Positions 10,285 through 20,514 of a DNA stretch of 64,000 bases are shown one piece after another. Source of the stretch: Candidatus Poribacteria bacterium (lineage in GTDB: Bacteria > Poribacteria > WGA-4E > PCPOR2b); NCBI GenBank assembly GCA_965198175.1, contig OZ240245.1, positions 2,816,001 through 2,880,000 of the forward strand, read 5' to 3'. The notes beneath the pieces were generated by a model. That model had not been told where the DNA came from and searched no databases. It saw only the letters and a program-made list of their open reading frames with translations. The stretch's first letter is position 1. Each line of letters starts with the position of its first letter. The translations under genes and the position numbers were made by a program.

Positions 10285-13200
10285 ATGTCCATTCCGAAAC
10301 TCTCCGTGAGCAATCCTGTCCTAGCGAACCTGCTCATGATTTCTATTATCCTATTTGGCATATATTCTTGGGTTGTTCTTCCCAGAGATTTAACCCCTGA
10401 AATCTCTTTTCGAATTGCTACGGTCACGACCTTCTACCCTGGCGCCTCTTCCGAAGAGGTCGAGAAACTTGTGACCGCACCAATCGAGGAAGCAATTGAA
10501 GAGGGCGTGAATAATATTGACCTTATGCTTTCAGTTTCATCAGAAGCACGATCAGTAATCTCAGTTCAATTTGAGGAGATCGGCGACCGCGAGTTCGACA
10601 AACAATTCCAGAATCTCCGAACAGCGGTCGATAGCGTCAACAATCTCCCAGATGAAATCCCCGATGAACCTCAGGTTGTGGCGCTCGATACATCGACCGG
10701 CTTTCCGATGCTGACTATCGCTGTTGGCGGCGATATTTCAGAAAACGAGATGAAACAAGTTGCTGAAAACCTGAAAGATGAAATTCTGGAAATTAAAAAT
10801 ATCGCGACAGTCCGACTGGTGGGGTTACGTGAAAGGGAAATATGGGTTGAGGTGGATCCGGATCGTCTGAAGGCGCATAACCTTCCAATTAACGAGGTAA
10901 TCAATGCGTTGAAAGCCCATAACCTGAATCTTCCCGCAGGAACATTGGAAATCGGTGCATCTGAGTACCTGGTTCGCACGATGGGAGAGTTCGGAAACCT
11001 GAAGGACATTGAAGACACTATAATCCATGTCCGAGGAACGGGGACCCCATTGCGTGTCGGCGATATCGCGAAGGTCACCGACACCTATGAGAAACCGCGA
11101 ACCCTTTCCCATATCAACGGTGCCCCCTCCATCAGTTTGACCATCCAGAAGAAAACAGAGGGCAATACTATCAAGCTCGTCAAGCAGATACGTGAGCTTG
11201 TTGAGAGGCGAAAACGCGATATTCCAGAACTCGCAGAAATATCCGTGGTTAATGACTACTCTGTCGTCTTGAGCGAACGGCTTGGCATTCTACAAAACAA
11301 CGCCGTGTTTGGAATTATTCTTGTTGTTGTTCTCCTCTTCCTCTTTATGGGATGGCGCAATGCGCTCTTTGCAGCGTTGGGGATCCCAGTTGCGTTCATG
11401 GCGACATTCTTCTTTATGCATGCGACAGGGTATATACTCAGCGGTGTTGCGTTATTCGGTTTAATTCTCGTGGTTGGAATTGTTGTGGACGACGCAATCG
11501 TAGTGATTGAGAATGTGTTCCGTCACATTCAGCAAGGCAAGTCCCCCAAAGAAGCCGCGGTCGCTGGCGCCGAAGAAGTGGGGTGGCCTGTCCTCTCCGC
11601 AAGCTTGACTACTATTGCCGCGTTTGGACCGCTCCTGTTTATGTCCGGCGTTTCGGGTCAGTTCATGCGGGTTGTCCCTATCGTCGCCATCTTGGTGATA
11701 CTTGCATCGTTGTTAGAGGTATTCATGATTCTACCAGCTCACATCTCTGAATGGGGAAAGCCACAAAGTCGGAATCAACGACGGCACATATGGTTTGATA
11801 GGGTCCGTAAAGGCTATGTCAGAATGTTAAAATCCATGATTCGATGGCGTTATGTCGTGTTCACCAGCGTTCTGGTCTTCGGCGCTATCGTTTGTGTTAC
11901 AGCTTTCCTATTGCTGGATAAGGAACTCTTCCCTGGCGAGGATTTCCCACAATTTTACATTAAGGCGGAAATGCCAACCTCGTTCGGTTTAACGGAAACC
12001 TCCGCTGTCTTGACAAAAATCGAGGAAATTGCGATGTCCTTCCCGTCGCATGAACGGGTCGCTGTCATATCTAACATCGGTATGCTCACACCGACTTCTG
12101 GTATGGATAGCACTACCCTCCGATCGAATGCCGGCGAAGTCCTAGTAGAACTGGTACCGAAAGATCGACGGGTTCGAAGTGTGGATCAGATAATCGCATC
12201 ACTTCGTGAAAAGACTGTGGAAATCGGCGGTGTTGAAAAGCTCACATTTGACAAATTGCAAGGTGGTCCACCGCAAGGTCGAGATGTCGAAGTGAAAGTC
12301 AAAGGAGAACACTTCCGTTCCTTACAGAAGATTGCAGGATTGCTCAAGGAAGAACTTCACCAGATGGATGGTGTCTACGACATACGAGATGATTTCCTCA
12401 CCGGCAAAGCTGAACTTCAAATTCGAATCCACGAGGAAAAAGCACATCAATACGGCTTAAATGTTTTCCAAATCGCCTACACAATACGCAATGCTCTCGA
12501 AGGAAACAGCACTACCACATATCGTGATGCGGACGAATCGACTGATGTGGTTGTGAAGTACGATCAGAGCAGTCTGCGGACACTTACCGATCTTCAGAAC
12601 CTCCTAATCGCAACCCCGAACGGAACTATTGTACCGTTAAAGGATGTGGCAGAGGTGCGAGAGAAACAAGGATATATGGAAATCCGACGTTTTGAAAACG
12701 AACGCGCAATTACCGTGTTTGCCAGCGTGGAAAAGGAAAAGACAACTGCTGTTGAAGTCAACCAAGCACTGATTCAAGCTTTCAGCAACATCGGGTCGAT
12801 GTTTCCCGGCTATCGACTTGACTTTCGCGGTGTATTCGACCAAATTAACGAATCGTTCGCTGAACTTGTGAAACTGTTTGTCGTTGGTCTGTTAATAATC
12901 TATGTGATTTTAGGTACACAGTTCAAATCATTCCTTCAACCGATTATCATCCTTTTTGCCGTGCCGTTTGGAATTATCGGTGCGATGGTTGGATTGTTAG
13001 CAGTAGGCTCGACATTAAGCATGGTTGCCATGTTCGGAATTGTCGCACTAGCAGGAATCGTCATCAATGACTCCATTGTATACATAGACTTCATAAACAG
13101 ATATCGCGACCGCGGCTACAATAAGTGGCGAGCAATCCTAAAAGCCGGAAGCATCCGTTTACGACCTATCATCTTGACCTCCGTTACAACCATCTTCGGT

Positions 13201-13431
13201 TTAATTCCGATGGCGACCGGACTTGGCGGTAAGTCTCCGATTTGGATGCCGTTGGCAAGCACGATTATTTTTGGGCTTTCTGCCGCTACTCTTCTGACGC
13301 TATTTGTCATGCCAGCCTTGTACGCGATTATAGCTGACCTTCGCGCTCTATTCATTAGGCAGGATCGCCGAATATCTGTGCCTGTAGTTGAGGAAATTCC
13401 AACCTATGTAGGGGTGCCTGCGGATGATTGA
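10285..13431 (+). CDS. RND transporter permease (AcrB/AcrD/AcrF family)
   Basis: YPGAS.EEVE, VVDDAIVV.EN, RLRPIILTS; about 1050 aa; ATG 10285 follows AAGGAG. Confidence 0.92.
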   Translation: MSIPKLSVSNPVLANLLMISIILFGIYSWVVLPRDLTPEISFRIATVTTFYPGASSEEVEKLVTAPIEEAIEEGVNNIDLMLSVSSEARSVISVQFEEIGDREFDKQFQNLRTAVDSVNNLPDEIPDEPQVVALDTSTGFPMLTIAVGGDISENEMKQVAENLKDEILEIKNIATVRLVGLREREIWVEVDPDRLKAHNLPINEVINALKAHNLNLPAGTLEIGASEYLVRTMGEFGNLKDIEDTIIHVRGTGTPLRVGDIAKVTDTYEKPRTLSHINGAPSISLTIQKKTEGNTIKLVKQIRELVERRKRDIPELAEISVVNDYSVVLSERLGILQNNAVFGIILVVVLLFLFMGWRNALFAALGIPVAFMATFFFMHATGYILSGVALFGLILVVGIVVDDAIVVIENVFRHIQQGKSPKEAAVAGAEEVGWPVLSASLTTIAAFGPLLFMSGVSGQFMRVVPIVAILVILASLLEVFMILPAHISEWGKPQSRNQRRHIWFDRVRKGYVRMLKSMIRWRYVVFTSVLVFGAIVCVTAFLLLDKELFPGEDFPQFYIKAEMPTSFGLTETSAVLTKIEEIAMSFPSHERVAVISNIGMLTPTSGMDSTTLRSNAGEVLVELVPKDRRVRSVDQIIASLREKTVEIGGVEKLTFDKLQGGPPQGRDVEVKVKGEHFRSLQKIAGLLKEELHQMDGVYDIRDDFLTGKAELQIRIHEEKAHQYGLNVFQIAYTIRNALEGNSTTTYRDADESTDVVVKYDQSSLRTLTDLQNLLIATPNGTIVPLKDVAEVREKQGYMEIRRFENERAITVFASVEKEKTTAVEVNQALIQAFSNIGSMFPGYRLDFRGVFDQINESFAELVKLFVVGLLIIYVILGTQFKSFLQPIIILFAVPFGIIGAMVGLLAVGSTLSMVAMFGIVALAGIVINDSIVYIDFINRYRDRGYNKWRAILKAGSIRLRPIILTSVTTIFGLIPMATGLGGKSPIWMPLASTIIFGLSAATLLTLFVMPALYAIIADLRALFIRQDRRISVPVVEEIPTYVGVPADD

Positions 13432-13595
13432 AACGTGATGCGTGTTTGCAAGTCAAAAATCGCTTACATCCAATTGCCAACCCTAAAGGTACAGATTTCT
13501 CCGGTTTCGATTCGCTTGCCGGATTCTACGAATTCCGAGTTTGAAAACTCCGGTATAGTATAAATATACCTAATCTCATCTGAAAACAAAAAGGA

Positions 13596-14576
13596 ATGTC
13601 TGAAAGACAAGTTGCAATTGATGCCGTTCTGAAGGCGATTCAATTATGTCAGCGGGTGCAAGCCGAAATGGTGCATACCGATTCGGTTGACAAGCCTGAT
13701 GGGAGTCCCGTAACTGTCGCAGACTTCGGATCGCAAGCGCTAATCTGCCAGATGATTGGTGAAACGTTTCCACAAGATGCTATCGTTGCAGAAGAGGACT
13801 CCCAAGCATTGCGGAGAGACCCACGCCTTCTAGAACGGGTAGTCGCTTTCGTTTCTCAACTGACAGATCGAACATCGCCTCAAGTCGTCTGCGATTGGAT
13901 AGATCGGGGTCGAGGCGCAATTGGTCAACGCTTCTGGACGTTGGATCCAATTGATGGGACGAAAGGATTCCTACGCGGAGATCAATATGCCATCGCGCTC
14001 GCATTGATTGTCAATGGGGAAGCACAACTTGGTGTGCTGGGATGTCCGAATCTCCCGAAACAGTGGAAAATGGCACGAGAGGAACGTGGCTGCCTCTTTG
14101 TGGCTGCAAGAGGCAATGGGACGCAGATGATTTCCCTAGATGGTCGTCTCAATGAACCGGTTCGTGTTTCTCATACCGTTCACCGTCTTGCAGAAAGTTT
14201 CGAATCAGCTCATGGAGATCGCGCTGCGCATGTTTCCATAGCCCGTCATCTCCGGATTACCAATCCCCCGATTCGGGTGGATGGTCAGACGAAATATGGT
14301 CTAGTCGCACATGGGGATGCATCGGTTTATATTCGTCTTCCGAATCCAGCGGCGCCTGATCGCCGGGAATGTATCTGGGATCACGCCGCAGGACTAATCG
14401 TGGTCGAGGAGGCGGGTGGAAAGGTAAGCGATGCAGACGGGCGTCGGCTCGACTTCCTTCAAGGACGGCGGCTTACTGCTAATCGTGGGATTGTGGCAAC
14501 TAATAACGCATTGCACCCCCAAGTGCTTGAAGGCGTGCGGCTACATTGGAATCCTGAAGGCGATTCTTCATTATGA
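13596..14576 (+). CDS. 3'(2'),5'-bisphosphate nucleotidase, HAL2/SAL1-type
   Basis: SPVTVADFGSQAL, AEEDS, WTLDPIDGTKGFLRGDQYA, IWDHAAG. Confidence 0.9.
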   Translation: MSERQVAIDAVLKAIQLCQRVQAEMVHTDSVDKPDGSPVTVADFGSQALICQMIGETFPQDAIVAEEDSQALRRDPRLLERVVAFVSQLTDRTSPQVVCDWIDRGRGAIGQRFWTLDPIDGTKGFLRGDQYAIALALIVNGEAQLGVLGCPNLPKQWKMAREERGCLFVAARGNGTQMISLDGRLNEPVRVSHTVHRLAESFESAHGDRAAHVSIARHLRITNPPIRVDGQTKYGLVAHGDASVYIRLPNPAAPDRRECIWDHAAGLIVVEEAGGKVSDADGRRLDFLQGRRLTANRGIVATNNALHPQVLEGVRLHWNPEGDSSL

Positions 14577-14634
14577 AAATTCAATCATGGGGACATTAGA
14601 TAGGGCGTAACTGAAAGTAAGCGTTGCACAATTG

Positions 14635-15333
14635 TCATGTTCCCAATCGCGTTTGCCTCAACAAGTCGTAACCTTCCAAAATCTGTGTGCAGTTGTTCTC
14701 ACCGATGATATCGGCACCGGCTTCGAGCATCGCAAGTGCCTTCTCCGTCGTCGCAATGTGGCCGCCCGCAGCCTTGACTCCGAAATCTGACCCAACAGCA
14801 TCTCGGAGAATGCGAACGTGGTCGAGTGTGCACCCGCCGCGCCAGCCGGTCGAAGTCTTCACGAAATCAGCTCCCGATTCTTTCACCAGCTTGGCTGCAG
14901 CCGTAATCTCCGCTGTGGAGAGCATTGTAGTCTCAACGATAAACTTAACCTCGACATCGGGATTCGCCTGCCGAGCCGCATTGACCATCTCCCTTAACTC
15001 GCGCCGAACGTATTCGAGATTGCCGGCTCGCAGTGCAGGATAGTTAATCATGCAGTCGATACTGTCTGCCCCCTTTTCCACCATCATCTTGGCTTCTAAA
15101 ACTTTCACTTCGGGCGGCGCAAACCCACTGGGAAAAGCCACGATCCCCACGATGGGTATACCGCTGCCTTCCATTTCACGCTTTATGACATCCATCATAT
15201 ACCAAGTAGCACACATGGCTCGCAGTCCATACTTCTTGGCTTCTCTACAGCGCAAAATCCAGCCCTCTTCTAACTCTTCGGCTTCTCTGCACCCGAGCTC
15301 CAGCGATTTCGCTAGCTGTTCTCTGGTAATCAT
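14635..15333 (-). CDS. Deoxyribose-phosphate aldolase-like protein (divergent DeoC)
   Basis: VAFPSG, IDCMIN, VKFIVET, FVKTSTG, GVKAAGG; start codon uncertain (15333 or 15378). Confidence 0.8.
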   Translation of the reverse strand: MITREQLAKSLELGCREAEELEEGWILRCREAKKYGLRAMCATWYMMDVIKREMEGSGIPIVGIVAFPSGFAPPEVKVLEAKMMVEKGADSIDCMINYPALRAGNLEYVRRELREMVNAARQANPDVEVKFIVETTMLSTAEITAAAKLVKESGADFVKTSTGWRGGCTLDHVRILRDAVGSDFGVKAAGGHIATTEKALAMLEAGADIIGENNCTQILEGYDLLRQTRLGT

Positions 15334-15441
15334 TATCGTTTTCCTTTCAAATCTCTTGAGACTCAGCATATTTTTCACGTTTCACGTTTTTATTCTGGAT
15401 GTACTACGGTACAAATCTTCCCTAAATATAATCATCGACGG

Positions 15442-16968
15442 TCACTCGCTTGGCCAAATCGGCTCCATATCCCATGCGTCGAGTGAGATGAGCTTCGCCG
15501 ACCCGCCACGCGCAAATATAGCGACGTGTACACTGTCAATCTCAGAGGGATATATGCGCTTCGTCAAACACTGTCGCTCGTTGGCAAATACTTCAATTAC
15601 CGACCGATCGAGAAAAATCCGAAGCCGCAGAGGTTCGTTTTGAGTGAGTGTCATAGGGGCAGCCTGTTCCTCAAAATCTACGACATCCGGGTTTTGACTT
15701 GATTGGCTTACGTCGATCTTGATCTGGCGATCCGGAACCATATAACTCACAAGGGTCTGCTCTGTGCCATCCGAAGAATACCGTAGCGCAAGTCCACATT
15801 CTCGCGCCGTTCCCGGTTCAATAACGGCGTCAATCTCAAGAACGTCATTGCCTATACCATCAAGTCCAACCGCCTCATCAGGCGAAACAAATATCTCAGA
15901 TACACGGCGATGACGGCGCCTTAGCTTATCAATCTCTGCGATCGGCTCGATTCGCAACACTCCGCTGTCGGTGAAGGACAGAACCCTGGGAAGCGCCATA
16001 ATACCACACCACCCGGCAGCTTGCTGTACGGAGAATCGCCGCCCTTCACCAATCCACGAAAACAGTATGCGCCGCCCGTCCGGTGCCTCCAGCGTCGCCG
16101 GAGCAATGTAATTTCCAGATTCCATCGTGACACCAATCGTGGGATTGTGGTTGAGGCGGCTGTGTTGCTCTGGGCGAAACTTTTTCTTCGAGGGCGAATA
16201 TTCCCCTAGATAGTATTGCGCGCCGTGTTTGTGACTAGAGAAGATGAGCATGTGCTTGTCTCCGATAGAGAAAAAGTCGGGGACAGCACAATCCTCATCG
16301 ACCTCTGTCCAACTCCGCTTCCCCTCGTAAAACTCGTGCTGATATTCCCAGTGAATGAAATCCGTGGAGGTAAGTAGAAAAGCCGTGTCCCCATGTTCGG
16401 TACGGCCGCCACAGATTAGATGCCAGAGATCGCCATATTTCCAAACGCAAGGGTCAAAAGGCTTCCACCGCGCCCCCGCTGGCGGGGGCGGGATGACGGG
16501 GTTGCCCTCAAATTTTTCCCAATGGCTGAGCGTCGTATCCGCCGGGTGACAGCGGGCAATACAAATCCCCGCCGGATTGCCGAAGTAAACCGCGGTGGGT
16601 ACACCATCAACGATGACAATTTGCCCGCTCCAACAACCATCTCTATCCGGTCCGCCAGGCGTCGGCAAGAGAGCCACCGGTAAATCCGTCCAATGAACAA
16701 GGTCCTCGCTCACGGCATGACCCCAATGCATATTGGCGTCTTCCACTTCGTAGGGATTGTTCTGATAAAACAGGTGATACCGCCCCTGCCAGTAGAGCGG
16801 ACCATTGGGGTCCTTGAGGAGGTTGGCTGGCGCCGCATAATGATAGAGCGGTCGATTAGAATCCCCAGCGAGTCGACGCCGTGATTCCAGCACAGCCGCC
16901 GGGAGATTTAGCGGTGCGACCGACTGGACGTGCATGCCTTTGGTCATATCTCCGTTGCTCATTTTCAC
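15442..16968 (-). CDS. Glycoside hydrolase family 32-like protein
   Basis: DPNG, YHLFYQ, HWGHAVSEDLVHW, GCWSG, C-terminal LDRSVIEVF; catalytic motifs atypical. Confidence 0.85.
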   Translation of the reverse strand: MKMSNGDMTKGMHVQSVAPLNLPAAVLESRRRLAGDSNRPLYHYAAPANLLKDPNGPLYWQGRYHLFYQNNPYEVEDANMHWGHAVSEDLVHWTDLPVALLPTPGGPDRDGCWSGQIVIVDGVPTAVYFGNPAGICIARCHPADTTLSHWEKFEGNPVIPPPPAGARWKPFDPCVWKYGDLWHLICGGRTEHGDTAFLLTSTDFIHWEYQHEFYEGKRSWTEVDEDCAVPDFFSIGDKHMLIFSSHKHGAQYYLGEYSPSKKKFRPEQHSRLNHNPTIGVTMESGNYIAPATLEAPDGRRILFSWIGEGRRFSVQQAAGWCGIMALPRVLSFTDSGVLRIEPIAEIDKLRRRHRRVSEIFVSPDEAVGLDGIGNDVLEIDAVIEPGTARECGLALRYSSDGTEQTLVSYMVPDRQIKIDVSQSSQNPDVVDFEEQAAPMTLTQNEPLRLRIFLDRSVIEVFANERQCLTKRIYPSEIDSVHVAIFARGGSAKLISLDAWDMEPIWPSE

Positions 16969-17318
16969 CTCTTGTCGAATGAAACATCTATGCCGCTAAG
17001 CATCCTCAATCGCGTAGATTTGGCGCTCCGCATCCTTAAATTGATCGGTATGCCTCAATCGTTTTAGATTCCATTTATGCTCTGAGTAGGTTACAGAATA
17101 GCCAACATTATAGCACGATTATGAGAAAACTTAACAGAAAATTCACGGCAAGTAGAACACGGGCTTTCATAGAGAAGCTGTCCTGACAGGGCACACACAA
17201 GCAGTCTCATCACAAGTTAAAGCGTTCAAGAAACATGCTCTCCCTTGCCAAGCGGGAGCGAGAAGGGGTTAGGTTATTACACCCAACCCTTGAGTATCTA
17301 GAATCCGGTGCATTATGT

Positions 17319-17347
17319 TTGCAATATTTTCCAATGTATAGTATAAT
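17319..17347 (+). promoter_or_regulatory. Putative sigma70 promoter
   Basis: TTGCAA-N17-TATAAT upstream of the LamG gene at 17518. Confidence 0.5.
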
Positions 17348-17517
17348 TTAGTGGGTCGCAATATTTTGCGCGACATAAGATTGTATGAATACATGAGTGC
17401 TAATAGGAATTTGCGCAATTTTGTTACCCATTAGTTGTACGATTTGTGCATCTAGCTTCACATAGTTGGGTAAGCTGATTCAAACCGAAGGTGGCAAAAA
17501 AATGAAAGGGGTTCTGT

Positions 17518-18360
17518 ATGAAACGGCTATTCGGCACACTGTTATCGGCGGGTCTGGTGCTCATTGGGATGAGTGCTTATAGCATTGATCGGAATAACAT
17601 CCTTGTTCACTGGTCATTCGACGAACTTGATGGAGAGATATTCAAAGATGAATCGGGCAATGGCCACGATGGAAGACTCGATGGCGATGGCGAACTTGTC
17701 GATGGGAGAATCAACAAAGCTGTCCATCTGACCGGTGGCTACGTCACGTTGGCTTCGGGAATAGGTGATGTTGTCGAGTCTGTGGGTGACACGGGCGAAA
17801 TCACTATGGAAGCATCGATTTTCTTAAGCGCCCACGACGCGTGGGATGGGGTTATCTCAATTGGTGAAGGGGACGAAAACGGACCGCTTGAGGGAAACAG
17901 AGCAATCATTTTCCGAATGATGGTCTCCCCCGAGCTCGAGCCATACTGGAACATAGGATTTCGAGCGGACCACAGATTCCAAGAATTCGTGTTCGAGTTG
18001 GACACATGGTATCACTATGTGATCACTGGCGATAGCGTAACTAGCAAAATTTACATCGACGGCGAGCTAATCGTAGATGACCCACATGTGAACCATGCGG
18101 TACCGGAGGACTTCGCATTTGCGAAGTATACAGATGTATTCATGTTCGTTGGTGCGGGCGAGGCACCCCACGTCTGGAGGTTTGAAGACGCAATCGTTGA
18201 TGAAGTCGCAGTTTACAACAAGGTGCTTACCGAAGGTGAAATCAACGATTTGATGGTAAAAGGACTTCACGGTGTCATCGCTGCAGTCGATCCGCAAGAC
18301 AAGTTAGCCTCACGCTGGGGGGAAATCAAGATGCAACGCCATGTAGAACCTCAACGATGA
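17518..18360 (+). CDS. Secreted LamG-like jellyroll protein
   Basis: Signal peptide, HWSFDE..KDESGNG, WYHYV, IYIDG, VDEVAVYNKVL; tail AVDPQDKLASRWGEIK. Confidence 0.85.
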   Translation: MKRLFGTLLSAGLVLIGMSAYSIDRNNILVHWSFDELDGEIFKDESGNGHDGRLDGDGELVDGRINKAVHLTGGYVTLASGIGDVVESVGDTGEITMEASIFLSAHDAWDGVISIGEGDENGPLEGNRAIIFRMMVSPELEPYWNIGFRADHRFQEFVFELDTWYHYVITGDSVTSKIYIDGELIVDDPHVNHAVPEDFAFAKYTDVFMFVGAGEAPHVWRFEDAIVDEVAVYNKVLTEGEINDLMVKGLHGVIAAVDPQDKLASRWGEIKMQRHVEPQR

Positions 18361-18396
18361 GTTTTTACATTCATATCCAGTAACCATTTATTTATT

Positions 18397-18425
18397 TGTA
18401 GTGGCGGGCATCTCCCGCCACTACA
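18397..18425. repeat. REP-like palindrome (GTAG type)
   Basis: TGTAGTGGCGGG-CATCT-CCCGCCACTACA perfect 12-bp stem. Confidence 0.6.
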
Positions 18426-18491
18426 GAACGTCAATTGTCGGACAATACCGACAGAAGGTTTAAGATCTACACCGAGTTATAGTAGGGTGCT

Positions 18492-19289
18492 ATGAACACA
18501 TATGACTGTGAACCCACACTGACCGATACACAAGTACTGGAGTTCTGCAAACAGGGCTTCTTGATGTTGGAGGGCGTCGTGCCCGATGAAATCAACCACA
18601 AGGCGTTTGAATATCTGGAGGAGCACACCGAGCACGGTTGTTCTGTTGGAAGTATAGATGGGGCTATTGAGAACGTGCTGCTTAACCCACACGCCACTGG
18701 GGCAATCCGATCTCTTTTAGGTAAGAACTTTACCGTTCCCCCAGACTTGTACGGTCCTGGTAATCAGATAAAGTGTCCGATGCCGGCAGGACCGTGGCAC
18801 GTAGATGGCGGCGCTGTGTTTGGTCCCCAACTCGACTGCCTACAGGTTTTCTACATACCGCAAGATACGCCGCGGGAACTAGGACCGACCGATGTGTTGC
18901 CGGGCTCCCATTTCCTCATCGCCGACGGCATTCCTTCCATGGCACACTACGGCAGTATTCGGGGTGCGGTCTCAACAACGGGCCCGGCGGGCTCCATTTT
19001 CCTTACCGCCTATCCAATGTGGCACCGCCGCGGCGCGTCCACTGCAAAGGGCGTCCGCAACCTGTTGAAGTATTCGTATAAACGAACCGTGCCGCCGGAG
19101 CGTGACTGGATTCGTGAGCCGGACTTCCAGCCCCGACGTGCCAAGGATGCACCGCCGCGGCTCAAGTTCCATCGAGAACACCAACGAGCCATCTATGATG
19201 CAGCCGAAATGTTCTACTGGTTGTGCGGTAAGCACAGCGAATATCATTCGACCAGCCGGAACAACTTCCCTGTTCACCATGCTAGCTAA
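18492..19289 (+). CDS. Phytanoyl-CoA dioxygenase (PhyH) family Fe(II)/2OG oxygenase
   Basis: WHVD, GPTDVLPGSH, WHRR. Confidence 0.85.
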   Translation: MNTYDCEPTLTDTQVLEFCKQGFLMLEGVVPDEINHKAFEYLEEHTEHGCSVGSIDGAIENVLLNPHATGAIRSLLGKNFTVPPDLYGPGNQIKCPMPAGPWHVDGGAVFGPQLDCLQVFYIPQDTPRELGPTDVLPGSHFLIADGIPSMAHYGSIRGAVSTTGPAGSIFLTAYPMWHRRGASTAKGVRNLLKYSYKRTVPPERDWIREPDFQPRRAKDAPPRLKFHREHQRAIYDAAEMFYWLCGKHSEYHSTSRNNFPVHHAS

Positions 19290-19638
19290 GTCTATCTCCT
19301 CACCTGCTAGCATGGGTTTTATGGAGGATACTAGGTCTGCCGGGCGTCAGTTGAGCTAGCATCGATCAGTTTCTACGTCGCCTTGTGTAGAACGCTTCCG
19401 TATAATTCCCTTCATTTCCACTATAACGCAGACACTAGGTACAGTCGGGTATCAGCGAACCTGCCATTCATCGTGAATTGAATCCCAGCCCATTGAGGCT
19501 GTTTGGTCAACTATCAGACTCATTGCAGAAAGAAATTCGCACAAACCATGAAGTTAAGATTTGTGCGAGATTAATCTGACCAATCCAATTTTTCACGATT
19601 TTACGTTTTACTGACCCAACGCAAAAATAAAGGGCATA

Positions 19639-20427
19639 ATGATGAAAATCCCAGTCGCAAGATTAACCGTCGTGGGAGTAGCTTTCATATTCCTGGGAGT
19701 TATTCTCGCAGGACAAAGCCGCGCCGATTTAGATATCAATTCCGTTAAGGGAGCATGGTTGCTTGATGAGGGCGGGGACGAGATTGCCAAGGATACTTCG
19801 CGCAATGGGAATGATGGAACACTCATGAACGCCCCGAAATGGGTTGAGGGTAGGCATGGCGAGGCTTTGATGTTTGATGGAGACGGCACCTATGTTGAAA
19901 TTCCGCATGATAAGAGTTTAGTTGTAAAAGAAGCTTTTTCACTTGCATTCTGGATGACAGCAAATCTGATTCCACCCGGAGGAACAACCAGAACTCTTGT
20001 TTCCAAAAATAAATGGGAGGTGACAATAGATAATGGAACGGTGCGGTTTGTGCTCAAACCAAAAAATGAGGTTTGTTGTAAAACACTATGGGGGGTGACA
20101 GCGCTAAAAATAGACACTTGGTATCATGTGGCATGTACTTACAACAACAAACACATGATATTGTATATTGACGGCGTATTTGACGGTGCTCGCGAAGCAT
20201 CGGGTGATATAAGCGGAACGCAGGACATTCATATCGGTCACGACGTTGATCTCCATGGAGTTGGAGGATTTTTCGATGTCATCATTGATGAAGTTATCCT
20301 CTTTGATGTTGCTATCACCGAGGATGATGTAAAAAGCCTCATGAATGATGGCGTCGCTCTACTACTCCCAGTTTCTGCCTCCAGCAGACTAGCTACCGTG
20401 TGGGGACAGATAAAGAACGACCAATAA
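19639..20427 (+). CDS. Secreted LamG-like jellyroll protein
   Basis: Signal peptide, WLLDEG..KDTSRNGNDG, WYHVACTY, LYIDG, IDEV; tail RLATVWGQIK. Confidence 0.88.
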   Translation: MMKIPVARLTVVGVAFIFLGVILAGQSRADLDINSVKGAWLLDEGGDEIAKDTSRNGNDGTLMNAPKWVEGRHGEALMFDGDGTYVEIPHDKSLVVKEAFSLAFWMTANLIPPGGTTRTLVSKNKWEVTIDNGTVRFVLKPKNEVCCKTLWGVTALKIDTWYHVACTYNNKHMILYIDGVFDGAREASGDISGTQDIHIGHDVDLHGVGGFFDVIIDEVILFDVAITEDDVKSLMNDGVALLLPVSASSRLATVWGQIKNDQ

Positions 20428-20514
20428 TTCCGATTCGCTTAATCCCGTTACTATTGAATAGGTATTCCAAAAGAGAACTCACACAACCACAAAATAAGTA
20501 AAGGAGAGCTAACA

